Positions 34,581-41,705 of a stretch of 64,000 nt of DNA are shown in pieces. Source of the stretch: a virus (taxonomy: Duplodnaviria > Heunggongvirae > Uroviricota > Caudoviricetes); the IMG/VR virus record IMGVR_UViG_3300012667_000768; one strand, 5' to 3'. A model generated the notes under the pieces. The model was not told where the DNA came from and searched no databases. It worked only from the letters and a program-made list of their open reading frames with translations. The first letter of the stretch is position 1. The number at the start of each line of letters is the position of its first letter. Made by a program: the position numbers and the translations under genes.

Positions 34581-34895
34581 TTAGGCTGCGAGCTTTTCCC
34601 GCAGAACCTGCAAAACCAGCTTGGGAGCCTTTTCGAGACCGTCAAGATTCTTGCCAACAATCGAAGCAATATCTTCTACAATCTTTTCCTTAGATTCGAT
34701 TTTACCGCCAGTCTTGCTGACCTTTTCAGCGGCTTTGTAAATGCCAAGGCGAACCGCCTTAGCGCGAATCGAGCGGACATCTTTACCGAATTTCGCAGCA
34801 AAGTCGAGAGCCTTAGCATTGTCAATAATGCCAGCGGCAAGCAATTCAGCTTCTTGCGATTCAGTGTAGTTTTTAGGTGTTTCAGTCTTAGCCAT
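34581..34895 (-). CDS. paralogous small-protein family member
   Basis: about 75% identical to the 31695-32099 product (DFAAKFGKDVRSIRAKAVRLGIY). Confidence 0.55.
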   Translation of the reverse strand: MAKTETPKNYTESQEAELLAAGIIDNAKALDFAAKFGKDVRSIRAKAVRLGIYKAAEKVSKTGGKIESKEKIVEDIASIVGKNLDGLEKAPKLVLQVLREKLAA

Positions 34896-35038
34896 GATAG
34901 TATTTCCTTTGTTATCGCGAGAGGCCCATCCCCTCTTGATGTCCCCTTATACCGCCGCTTTAGTAATCGTGCAAGAAAAAAATTCACGAAAAGCGAAAAA
35001 TGCGACGAACCGTTCATCGCATTTTTTCATTTAAGGGA

Positions 35039-35096
35039 TTGACAGGCCCCAGCCGCACGTGCTATAATGGTAGTAGCGACCCAAATTTTCGGCGCC
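35039..35096 (+). promoter_or_regulatory. class B module: TTGACA-N18-TATAAT, then GTAGCG..AAATTTTCGGCGCC
   Basis: transcript would end at terminator 35145-35175. Confidence 0.5.
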
Positions 35097-35114
35097 TTTT
35101 GGGCGCATCAGTCC

Positions 35115-35143
35115 ATTTTAACATATCCTGAATTTTGTGTCAA
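35115..35143 (-). promoter_or_regulatory. facing promoter TTGACA-N17-TAAAAT
   Basis: convergent with 35039-35096; leads toward 34581-34895. Confidence 0.5.
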
Positions 35144-35144
35144 A

Positions 35145-35175
35145 TAAAAAAAGAGGCTTTCGCCTCTTTTCTTTA
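35145..35175. terminator. bidirectional intrinsic terminator
   Basis: AGAGGC-tttc-GCCTCT with A7 before and T-run after. Confidence 0.6.
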
Positions 35176-35646
35176 GGCCGCAAGCCTTTCGTTTATCTTG
35201 GTTGCGTCATAGCATTTTATGCCGATTGAAACCATTGCATCAATAACCTTTAGGTTATCGTCAAACATGATTGCCTTAGCATCGGCAGCGCAATTGAAAC
35301 CTTCACCAATGAAATAGGTTTCAAGCAAACGAATCTTAAGGCTTGCATCGGATTCCATATTGCCCATTTCACGATGCAGCAAAGCGTCATAGGGAAGGCG
35401 ATTAACAGCAAGAAAAATCTTATCGGCTGGCTGGACTGCCCGCGCTGTGCAAACAATAACCTTATGCCCGATTGAAACCATAGCGCGCATTGACTCGGCT
35501 AAAGGCAAAAGCGAATCGGACATAATCTTTTCTGCGGTATTGTTAGCGAACCAATGGTCAAGGTCAAGCGAGCCATCGGCTTTAGTCGCTTGGCGATGCG
35601 TCGAATCAATCACAGTGCCATCTAGGTCAAAAATAATGTAAGCCAT
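35173..35646 (-). CDS. HAD-superfamily hydrolase/phosphatase
   Basis: motif I FDLDGTVIDS, motif II VCTAR, motif IV MFDDN. Confidence 0.7.
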   Translation of the reverse strand: MAYIIFDLDGTVIDSTHRQATKADGSLDLDHWFANNTAEKIMSDSLLPLAESMRAMVSIGHKVIVCTARAVQPADKIFLAVNRLPYDALLHREMGNMESDASLKIRLLETYFIGEGFNCAADAKAIMFDDNLKVIDAMVSIGIKCYDATKINERLAA

Positions 35647-35738
35647 TTGTTATTCCCTTTCGTCTTGATAAACAATCCTTAGCCGATATTGCGCCCTAGT
35701 GTCAACGAAAAAAATCGCAAAAATAAAAAATAAATGCT

Positions 35739-35796
35739 ATTGACAGGCCCTAGTCATACGTGATATATTTAAGGTAGCGTGCAAAATTTTTGGCGC
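35739..35796 (+). promoter_or_regulatory. class B module: TTGACA-N18-TATATT, then GTAGCG..AAATTTTTGGCGCC
   Basis: antisense to 35809-36009. Confidence 0.5.
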
Positions 35797-35808
35797 CAAT
35801 TGGCGGCC

Positions 35809-36009
35809 TTAATAGACCGCCAATCCAAAGGCTTCTAAGCCTTCCTCCCCATATTCGTTTTCGATTGCGGTAATGACCGCTTCCGTTGGCGAGTCGCCCG
35901 ATTCAAACATATTCCAATAGTCTTGGTCGGGCCACGTATCGCGGTCTAGGCCAGTGATACGTTGAAAGGCTTTGTCGACAGCGATAAGCCAAGATTCGAA
36001 ATTAATCAT
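35809..36009 (-). CDS. hypothetical protein
   Basis: 66-aa ORF. Confidence 0.45.
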   Translation of the reverse strand: MINFESWLIAVDKAFQRITGLDRDTWPDQDYWNMFESGDSPTEAVITAIENEYGEEGLEAFGLAVY

Positions 36010-36021
36010 ATTCGTTTCCCC

Positions 36022-36204
36022 TTATGGTAGATTCTGAAACATAGTAGCGCCAAGCCACATTGTAACCATGAAAGCAATTGAGGCAACAGTAAAAAACCAA
36101 ACCATCTTACGTTCTTCGCGCATTGCAACCATGCCCCACAGACACGTGAACACGCCAGCGATAGAGGCAAAGTAAATGATAAGAGCAACAACATATTCAA
36201 CCAT
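36022..36204 (-). CDS. small membrane protein
   Basis: two hydrophobic helices; minus promoter 36234-36262 upstream. Confidence 0.45.
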   Translation of the reverse strand: MVEYVVALIIYFASIAGVFTCLWGMVAMREERKMVWFFTVASIAFMVTMWLGATMFQNLP

Positions 36205-36233
36205 AGTCTTATTCCTTTTCGTCTTGATGCACC

Positions 36234-36262
36234 CTTATACCAATGGGCAATCACCTTGTCAA
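36234..36262 (-). promoter_or_regulatory. promoter TTGACA-N17-TATAAG
   Basis: upstream of 36022-36204. Confidence 0.45.
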
Positions 36263-36296
36263 CAATAAAAAATAAAATAAAAATAAAAATTTGCTA

Positions 36297-36325
36297 TTGA
36301 CATTGCGTTGGAGCTATGCTATAGG
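36297..36325 (+). promoter_or_regulatory. TTGACA-N17-TATAGG with an upstream A-tract
   Basis: weak -10; A-tract AATAAAA x4 upstream. Confidence 0.3.
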
Positions 36326-36410
36326 GAGGGCGGTTATTAGACTAGTTGGTTCCACGCACGCTGGGACTACTCCGCACGTACTACTTTGGGTAAAAACGCC
36401 CAACAAGGTG

Positions 36411-36839
36411 CTATTTAGAGTCGGCAGTAGCCTTGTTCACCAAGTCTTTATACCCGCGCCATGAAGGGTGAATATGGTCCGGTTGCAAATAAGTCGTCGA
36501 AATTATTCGGTCGCCATAGCTCACCGCCACGCTTCGAACCATCGCGTTCACGCCCAACTTACAAAATCTCACATTGCAAGGAGGCATAATCCAAACTACT
36601 CTAGACCCCCGAGGAATGCGCTTTCTAATCTTTAGCAACTCCACATCGGTCTTCACACCCACGTGATCATTCGTCCCCAAACTTATGATAATCGTTTTAG
36701 CCGAGACAGGATTCATTCCCCAGCGCTGATTCCACTGCCAAGAGTTTATTCCGCCCTTAGCATATGCCACACACTCCTGAGGTGCAAACATCTTTGTACC
36801 AACAGCGATCGAGTCGCCCATAATCAAACATTCTAGCAT
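36411..36839 (-). CDS. SGNH/GDSL hydrolase
   Basis: block I IMGDSIAVG, block III GTND, block V DHIHP. Confidence 0.65.
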   Translation of the reverse strand: MLECLIMGDSIAVGTKMFAPQECVAYAKGGINSWQWNQRWGMNPVSAKTIIISLGTNDHVGVKTDVELLKIRKRIPRGSRVVWIMPPCNVRFCKLGVNAMVRSVAVSYGDRIISTTYLQPDHIHPSWRGYKDLVNKATADSK

Positions 36840-37111
36840 TCGTCTACCTCATCCCCAAATTCAAAAGCTACCTTAGACACCTTCACATTTAACCAAGGCT
36901 TCGCCGTTTTTAGCCATACTACCTTTTTCGCGTCAATCTTCCTGCGAAGTTGCCGAAGCTCGCTCTCCGAAGTCAAATTGTCTAAGTTTATCAAAACCGT
37001 TCCGCCTTTAATACCTCGTCCACCAGATCCCCGACTTACTTCACAGTGTACTAGTGACACCATTTGTGTTCCCGAGGAGATCAAGCCATCCATCATTAAA
37101 CATTCTATCAT
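36833..37111 (-). CDS. degenerate N-terminal paralog of the SGNH hydrolase
   Basis: MIECLMMDGLISSGT aligns with MLECLIMGDSIAVGT, but the catalytic Ser is replaced. Confidence 0.4.
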   Translation of the reverse strand: MIECLMMDGLISSGTQMVSLVHCEVSRGSGGRGIKGGTVLINLDNLTSESELRQLRRKIDAKKVVWLKTAKPWLNVKVSKVAFEFGDEVDEC

Positions 37112-37420
37112 AAAATCTCCATTTAAAAAATCGCGTTGCGAAACCGAATTAGTCCCTCAAAAGCCAGCTTGCAATCACTCGAACGCATTCGTTGCCACGA
37201 TAGAAGAAGCTGTATCCATTTCTATCCTCCCTACGAAGACCTTCTAGGCTCCAGCCCTCACGATTACCCGCTAGTACGTATTTCACCGATTAACTCCTGA
37301 TAAGCTGCCTCTAGTTCGTACTCGTCATAGACTTCTTCTAGTGAGCATCCCATACGCTGCATCCAGTTTCCTGACTCAAAGCGATAATACTCCTCACCTT
37401 TCCACTCGATAATCTCGAAC

Positions 37421-37687
37421 TTAGCTTCGTGAAGTTTTTGCATATTGTTGTCCTAGCTTGAAGAGACCGATTGCTGGAAGGCTAATTGGCCAGAGAAGTG
37501 CAAAGGGTATTGAAAGTACTATGAACTTAAAAATCTTGTCACCGTCTAGCTCCAGATCTTCCTTTTTCTTCTTACGATATGTAATATCGTATTCGCTTGG
37601 TGGGCTATAAAATAGTTCCCGTTGCTTTGCGCCAGCGTAGGTTACTCTCGCCGCTAGTATTACTAGAAGTCCAGTTGTATAAATCAT
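37421..37687 (-). CDS. membrane protein
   Basis: 88 aa, two TM helices. Confidence 0.45.
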   Translation of the reverse strand: MIYTTGLLVILAARVTYAGAKQRELFYSPPSEYDITYRKKKKEDLELDGDKIFKFIVLSIPFALLWPISLPAIGLFKLGQQYAKTSRS

Positions 37688-37890
37688 TTAATAAAACCTT
37701 TCAATAGTGTACGAAATTCACGTTCGTGTCTGTAAAAGAGGTCGTCGACCTCACGCTTCTGTTCTGGCGTGAGAACTTGCTCAATCTGTACTGTTTGTGA
37801 GATACAGTCTACGATTCCATTATCAATTTGCCCATGCATAATATACTTTTCGTGATTAATGCAGGCAATGTCTAGCCATTCATTTTCCAA
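37684..37890 (-). CDS. hypothetical protein (TTG start)
   Basis: 68-aa ORF. Confidence 0.4.
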   Translation of the reverse strand: MENEWLDIACINHEKYIMHGQIDNGIVDCISQTVQIEQVLTPEQKREVDDLFYRHEREFRTLLKGFIK

Positions 37891-38036
37891 TTATATACTC
37901 CTCTATATGTTTCCAGAATTGCTTAGCATCTTCTGATATGTTTTCTGATAGTCCTGTTACTTCGCCCGTCTCACAGTGAACTTTTACATTACCGAAGGTT
38001 ATGTAAATGGGCTTATTAATAGCTGGTACGATACTA

Positions 38037-38381
38037 TTATTCATAAAACATTCTCTTTTCTATTTCTTCTAGTGCTAGTTTAGCTTCTTCGAAGTTACGA
38101 TCGTAGAGATTGTACTGCGCCTTGGTTAGAAGATGACGAAACTCTCCGAAGATTAACTCGGTGACTGATCGCTTAATGATTCGCATAGCCTGTTCGCGTT
38201 GGTCTGGTACAGAGTCATCGACCTTTACCGTGTGTCCTAGCTTAACGCCGACGAAGTACTCTGTAAGAAATGCTTGGTCGACTGGCTGATGCATTTCCAC
38301 TGTCGTGAATAATAGTGGGGATGTTTGGGCGTACCTGGTGCCAGTCATGCTGGCTTCGATCTTTTTAATAATCTCGCTCAT
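38037..38381 (-). CDS. hypothetical protein
   Basis: 114-aa ORF. Confidence 0.5.
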   Translation of the reverse strand: MSEIIKKIEASMTGTRYAQTSPLLFTTVEMHQPVDQAFLTEYFVGVKLGHTVKVDDSVPDQREQAMRIIKRSVTELIFGEFRHLLTKAQYNLYDRNFEEAKLALEEIEKRMFYE

Positions 38382-38577
38382 ACTTTTCCTTTATTGGAAT
38401 TTGCTTCCATAGTTTTCTTGGGTTGCCACAGATCAGACAACGTGGGTTGCCACAATCGAGTGCGTGTTTCTTTTTAAATTTACCTGCTACTACATTAAGA
38501 ATACCTCGGAGTTTAGCAAGCCTAAGCTGCTTAGCTACGAATTTCTTAGTATTAGCGCGTCTCTCTGCTCTTTTCAT
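38365..38577 (-). CDS. small basic protein, possible zinc finger
   Basis: CGNPRCLICGNPR. Confidence 0.45.
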   Translation of the reverse strand: MKRAERRANTKKFVAKQLRLAKLRGILNVVAGKFKKKHALDCGNPRCLICGNPRKLWKQIPIKEKYERDY

Positions 38578-38660
38578 TTCATCACATTACTATAAATGGG
38601 TAGAGAAGTCAAGAAAAATTTATTGAATGGTGAGGAAGCGGTACCTCCTGTAAAAATAGC

Positions 38661-38689
38661 TTGACCCACGATCCCCTTGCTGGTATAAT
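38661..38689 (+). promoter_or_regulatory. promoter TTGACC-N17-TATAAT opening the plus-strand late region, leaderless (ATG 7 nt after -10)
   Basis: marks the strand-switch point. Confidence 0.55.
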
Positions 38690-38696
38690 TCGACTT

Positions 38697-39119
38697 ATGA
38701 CTCAAATTGCACTAAGACCAGAAGACATAGATATCGCAAATGCTTATTTGACCTATGGTTCTGCCAAGGATACGGCGGACCAATTAGGTGTGCCCGAATA
38801 CCAAGTCGTGCAGATTCTAGAGCGTTCGGATGTAAAAGACTATATAACAGGCGTCTATTTAGACAGAGGCTATAGGAATAGAAATAAACTAGGCCAAGTT
38901 CTCGATAAAATGATAGATGCCAAGCTAGAGGAAGCAGAAGAAAGCGGAATCTATACTTCGAAAGATTTGCTAGAGCTTTTACAGTTCGCTCACAAGATGA
39001 GAATGGACGAGCTAAAGAACGAGCAAGCAAATACAGGTCCGACAGTTAACATTGCCAATTTTGGGCAAGGCAACTACGGACAGTTAATGGAACGCCTGCT
39101 TAATAATGAAGGCAAGTAA
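38697..39119 (+). CDS. terminase small subunit-like HTH protein
   Basis: ANAYLTYGSAKDTADQLGVPEYQVVQILERSDVKDYI resembles the N-terminal HTH of P27-type small terminases; ATG 7 nt after the -10 box. Confidence 0.45.
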   Translation: MTQIALRPEDIDIANAYLTYGSAKDTADQLGVPEYQVVQILERSDVKDYITGVYLDRGYRNRNKLGQVLDKMIDAKLEEAEESGIYTSKDLLELLQFAHKMRMDELKNEQANTGPTVNIANFGQGNYGQLMERLLNNEGK

Positions 39120-39144
39120 GTAATATACTTATCGGAAAAAGATA

Positions 39145-39354
39145 ATGGAAGTATTTAGAAAAAGAGGTTCAGTGAGCTGGACTGATGAAAACGGTGTTTA
39201 TTACCGTGTAAGCGAAGCCGAATATGACGCTATGATGGCGGGTAATAGAGTTACTGTTGTTACTGAGGCGGAGGAAGTAGTTCCTACCGTTGAAGAGCCA
39301 GTAATTCCAGAAGAACCTACTACAGAGGAAGGTATCTCAAGTCTATTCTCATGA
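39145..39354 (+). CDS. hypothetical protein
   Basis: 69-aa acidic ORF. Confidence 0.45.
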   Translation: MEVFRKRGSVSWTDENGVYYRVSEAEYDAMMAGNRVTVVTEAEEVVPTVEEPVIPEEPTTEEGISSLFS

Positions 39355-39668
39355 ATTGGTTGGGCTTAGAGACTAATGAAAGAAAGAATCTAGCCCTTTG
39401 GATGCTGTTTGGCGGAGCAATTATTTTTACTGCTTACGCTACTGCTGGTTTATGGCTCACAGCAAGCGAACCGACTTATGTATTCTGGCTAGCAATAGCC
39501 GCTCATATCCAGATCTTTACAATTATGACTGGATATGTTGCACAATTAGTAAAAAGGAGACTACACGTAGGCCGAGACGGTATCGACATAACTGATGCCG
39601 TGGACACTCAATATGAAGAGTACACTGATAGCAGTGACAGCAATGATGATGTTAGCAGGATGCACTGA
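39351..39668 (+). CDS. membrane protein (3 TM)
   Basis: hydrophobic helices. Confidence 0.5.
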   Translation: MNWLGLETNERKNLALWMLFGGAIIFTAYATAGLWLTASEPTYVFWLAIAAHIQIFTIMTGYVAQLVKRRLHVGRDGIDITDAVDTQYEEYTDSSDSNDDVSRMH

Positions 39669-39882
39669 AGCATACCGCTATCCATGTCAAGATCCAAAGA
39701 ATGTAGCTAACAAAGAATGTATCCCACCACAGTGTGAGATAGAAGGTGGCTGCAGTTGGCAACTATTAGGAAAAGAAGACCCTAAAGTTGTAGAAGAAGA
39801 AACCGCTCCTGTAGCAGAAGAAGAAGCTGTAGAGAGCAATGTAGAAGTTGATACCCAGGAGGATCAAGATGGAAATGAATGA
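39613..39882 (+). CDS. lipoprotein
   Basis: MKSTLIAVTAMMMLAGC lipobox; Cys-rich, acidic tail. Confidence 0.45.
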   Translation: MKSTLIAVTAMMMLAGCTEAYRYPCQDPKNVANKECIPPQCEIEGGCSWQLLGKEDPKVVEEETAPVAEEEAVESNVEVDTQEDQDGNE

Positions 39883-40189
39883 CGAAAAGCTACGATTTAT
39901 CGTAGGAATCACCTTAGCTGTAACACTAGTTTTAATCGTAATGACAGTATTGTACAGCTTAGTATTTGTAGTGCAGCCGATCGGCGTGCAGGCACCTAAT
40001 GATGCCGAGTTCTTTAAGCTAATTAATCCTATTGCAACCTTTATCGTAGGTGCATTAGCCGGTCTTATGGCTAATGGCAATAAGAAGCCAGAAGATACTA
40101 CTACCCCTGAACCAACAGTAACTGCTCCAACAGAGCCAGATCTTCTACCAGCTCCTGCTGAAGATGAAGAAGAGCACGGACCATTCTAA
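39869..40189 (+). CDS. holin-like membrane protein (2 TM)
   Basis: Shine-Dalgarno GGAGGA; two TM helices and a charged C-terminus; upstream of the endolysin. Confidence 0.45.
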   Translation: MEMNDEKLRFIVGITLAVTLVLIVMTVLYSLVFVVQPIGVQAPNDAEFFKLINPIATFIVGALAGLMANGNKKPEDTTTPEPTVTAPTEPDLLPAPAEDEEEHGPF

Positions 40190-40434
40190 TGTTGAGCTTA
40201 TGTATCGCACTAGGACTAATACTCGCATCAGGTATCCTGATAGGAGTGGTAGTAGCCTGTAAAAAATTTGGTGATCTAAATAAAGATGGTAAAGTAGATA
40301 TTGATGATGCTAAGATTGTAGCAGATATTAATAAGGATGGTAAGGTAGATCAGGCAGACTTAGATATTGCTAAGAATGCTATGAAAGAAGCAGCTAAGCA
40401 AGTAACAGCTGTACTAGGTGAGAAAAAGAAATGA
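40189..40434 (+). CDS. holin-like membrane protein (1 TM)
   Basis: 81 aa; one TM helix and a KDGKVD repeat tail; overlaps the endolysin start. Confidence 0.45.
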   Translation: MLSLCIALGLILASGILIGVVVACKKFGDLNKDGKVDIDDAKIVADINKDGKVDQADLDIAKNAMKEAAKQVTAVLGEKKK

Positions 40435-41618
40435 AATTAACAGAGCACTTCACATTAGAAGAGTTAACTGTATCTCCTACTGCGAAGAAGCTTGGTATTC
40501 CTAATACGCCTACTCCAGAACATATTGAAAATATGAGATATGTCTGTGAGAAGATTCTAGAACCTGTTCGTGCACACTTTGGAAAGGCTGTAACGATTAA
40601 TTCGTCTTACAGATCTCCAGCAGTAAACGCAAAAGTTGGTGGATCAAAGACTTCGCAACACTGTAATGGTGAAGCAGTAGACTTTGAGATCCAGGGCATA
40701 TCCAATAAGGCATTAGCCGATTGGGTAGGTGATAACTTAGAGTTCGACCAAGTAATTCTAGAGTTCTGGTCTTCGAAAGAAGGAGCCAATTCAGGTTGGG
40801 TACACGCTTCTATTAAGCGCAACGGAAAGAACAGAAAGCAGAGATTAATCGCTACAAAGAAAGGTGGTAAGACTACTTATACTCCGGTAGCAGATTTCGA
40901 TCCTTCTACTGTTCCGGGCGAAGTAAAGCATATTGCAGCTATTGCTAAGCAAGCTGCCGCTGTACCAACCAAAGAGATTGCAGCTACTACAGTAAAGAGT
41001 ACTAATCCTATAGCAGCACTTCAGGAAAAAGCTGGAGTAGCCGCGGACGGAATCTTTGGTCCAGGCACAATGAAAGCCTCAGCTGATTATTACAAGATGT
41101 CAAAGGCTAGAGCAGCTCACTTCTTTGCACAAACTGCTCATGAGACTGGAAACTACAAAGCTTTTAGCGAAAATCTAAACTACTCAGCAGACGGACTAAA
41201 TAAAATCTTCCCTAAGTATTTCATCAAAGCTGGCAGAAATGCAGCTAACTATGCTAGAAATCCTGAGAAGATCGCAAATGTTGTGTACGCTGGTAGAATG
41301 GGCAATGGCCCAGAAGCTTCTGGAGACGGATGGAAGTATCGCGGACGCGGTGCTCTACAGTTAACAGGCAAGGACAACTACGCAGCTTTCTCAAAGTTCT
41401 GTAATAGACCAGATGTTATGGACAATCCGGATATAGTAGCGGGTGAACTCGCTTTTGAATCAGCATTGTTCTTCTTCGAAAGAAATAAATTATGGTCAGT
41501 ATGTGACTTAGGCGTTAATGACGCAGTAATTCTAGCACTAACCAAAAAGATTAATGGCGGAACACACGGTCTAGAAGATCGTAAAGCCAAAACTAAAAAA
41601 TTCTTCTCTCAATTATAA
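40431..41618 (+). CDS. multidomain endolysin: M15 peptidase, peptidoglycan-binding domain, GH19 lysozyme-like domain
   Basis: FTLEEL..SSYRSP..SQHCNGEAVDF (M15-type peptidase); IAALQEKAGVAADGIFGPGT (peptidoglycan-binding); AHETGNYKAFSE...GDGWKYRGRGALQLTG (GH19). Confidence 0.75.
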   Translation: MKLTEHFTLEELTVSPTAKKLGIPNTPTPEHIENMRYVCEKILEPVRAHFGKAVTINSSYRSPAVNAKVGGSKTSQHCNGEAVDFEIQGISNKALADWVGDNLEFDQVILEFWSSKEGANSGWVHASIKRNGKNRKQRLIATKKGGKTTYTPVADFDPSTVPGEVKHIAAIAKQAAAVPTKEIAATTVKSTNPIAALQEKAGVAADGIFGPGTMKASADYYKMSKARAAHFFAQTAHETGNYKAFSENLNYSADGLNKIFPKYFIKAGRNAANYARNPEKIANVVYAGRMGNGPEASGDGWKYRGRGALQLTGKDNYAAFSKFCNRPDVMDNPDIVAGELAFESALFFFERNKLWSVCDLGVNDAVILALTKKINGGTHGLEDRKAKTKKFFSQL

Positions 41619-41705
41619 AGAGGTTTAAATGATTAACGCAAGTTAAGTCTAGTATGCTCTTGGGTATATTAGGCACAGAGGGTAAATATACCCAAGAGAC
41701 TATGC

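Noticed and set aside
36315-36335. T7-promoter-like string GCTATGCTATAGGGAGGG
   Set aside because: Only 11 of 17 positions match a T7-type consensus, and no phage RNA polymerase gene is in the window. The -35/-10 architecture favours host RNA polymerase.
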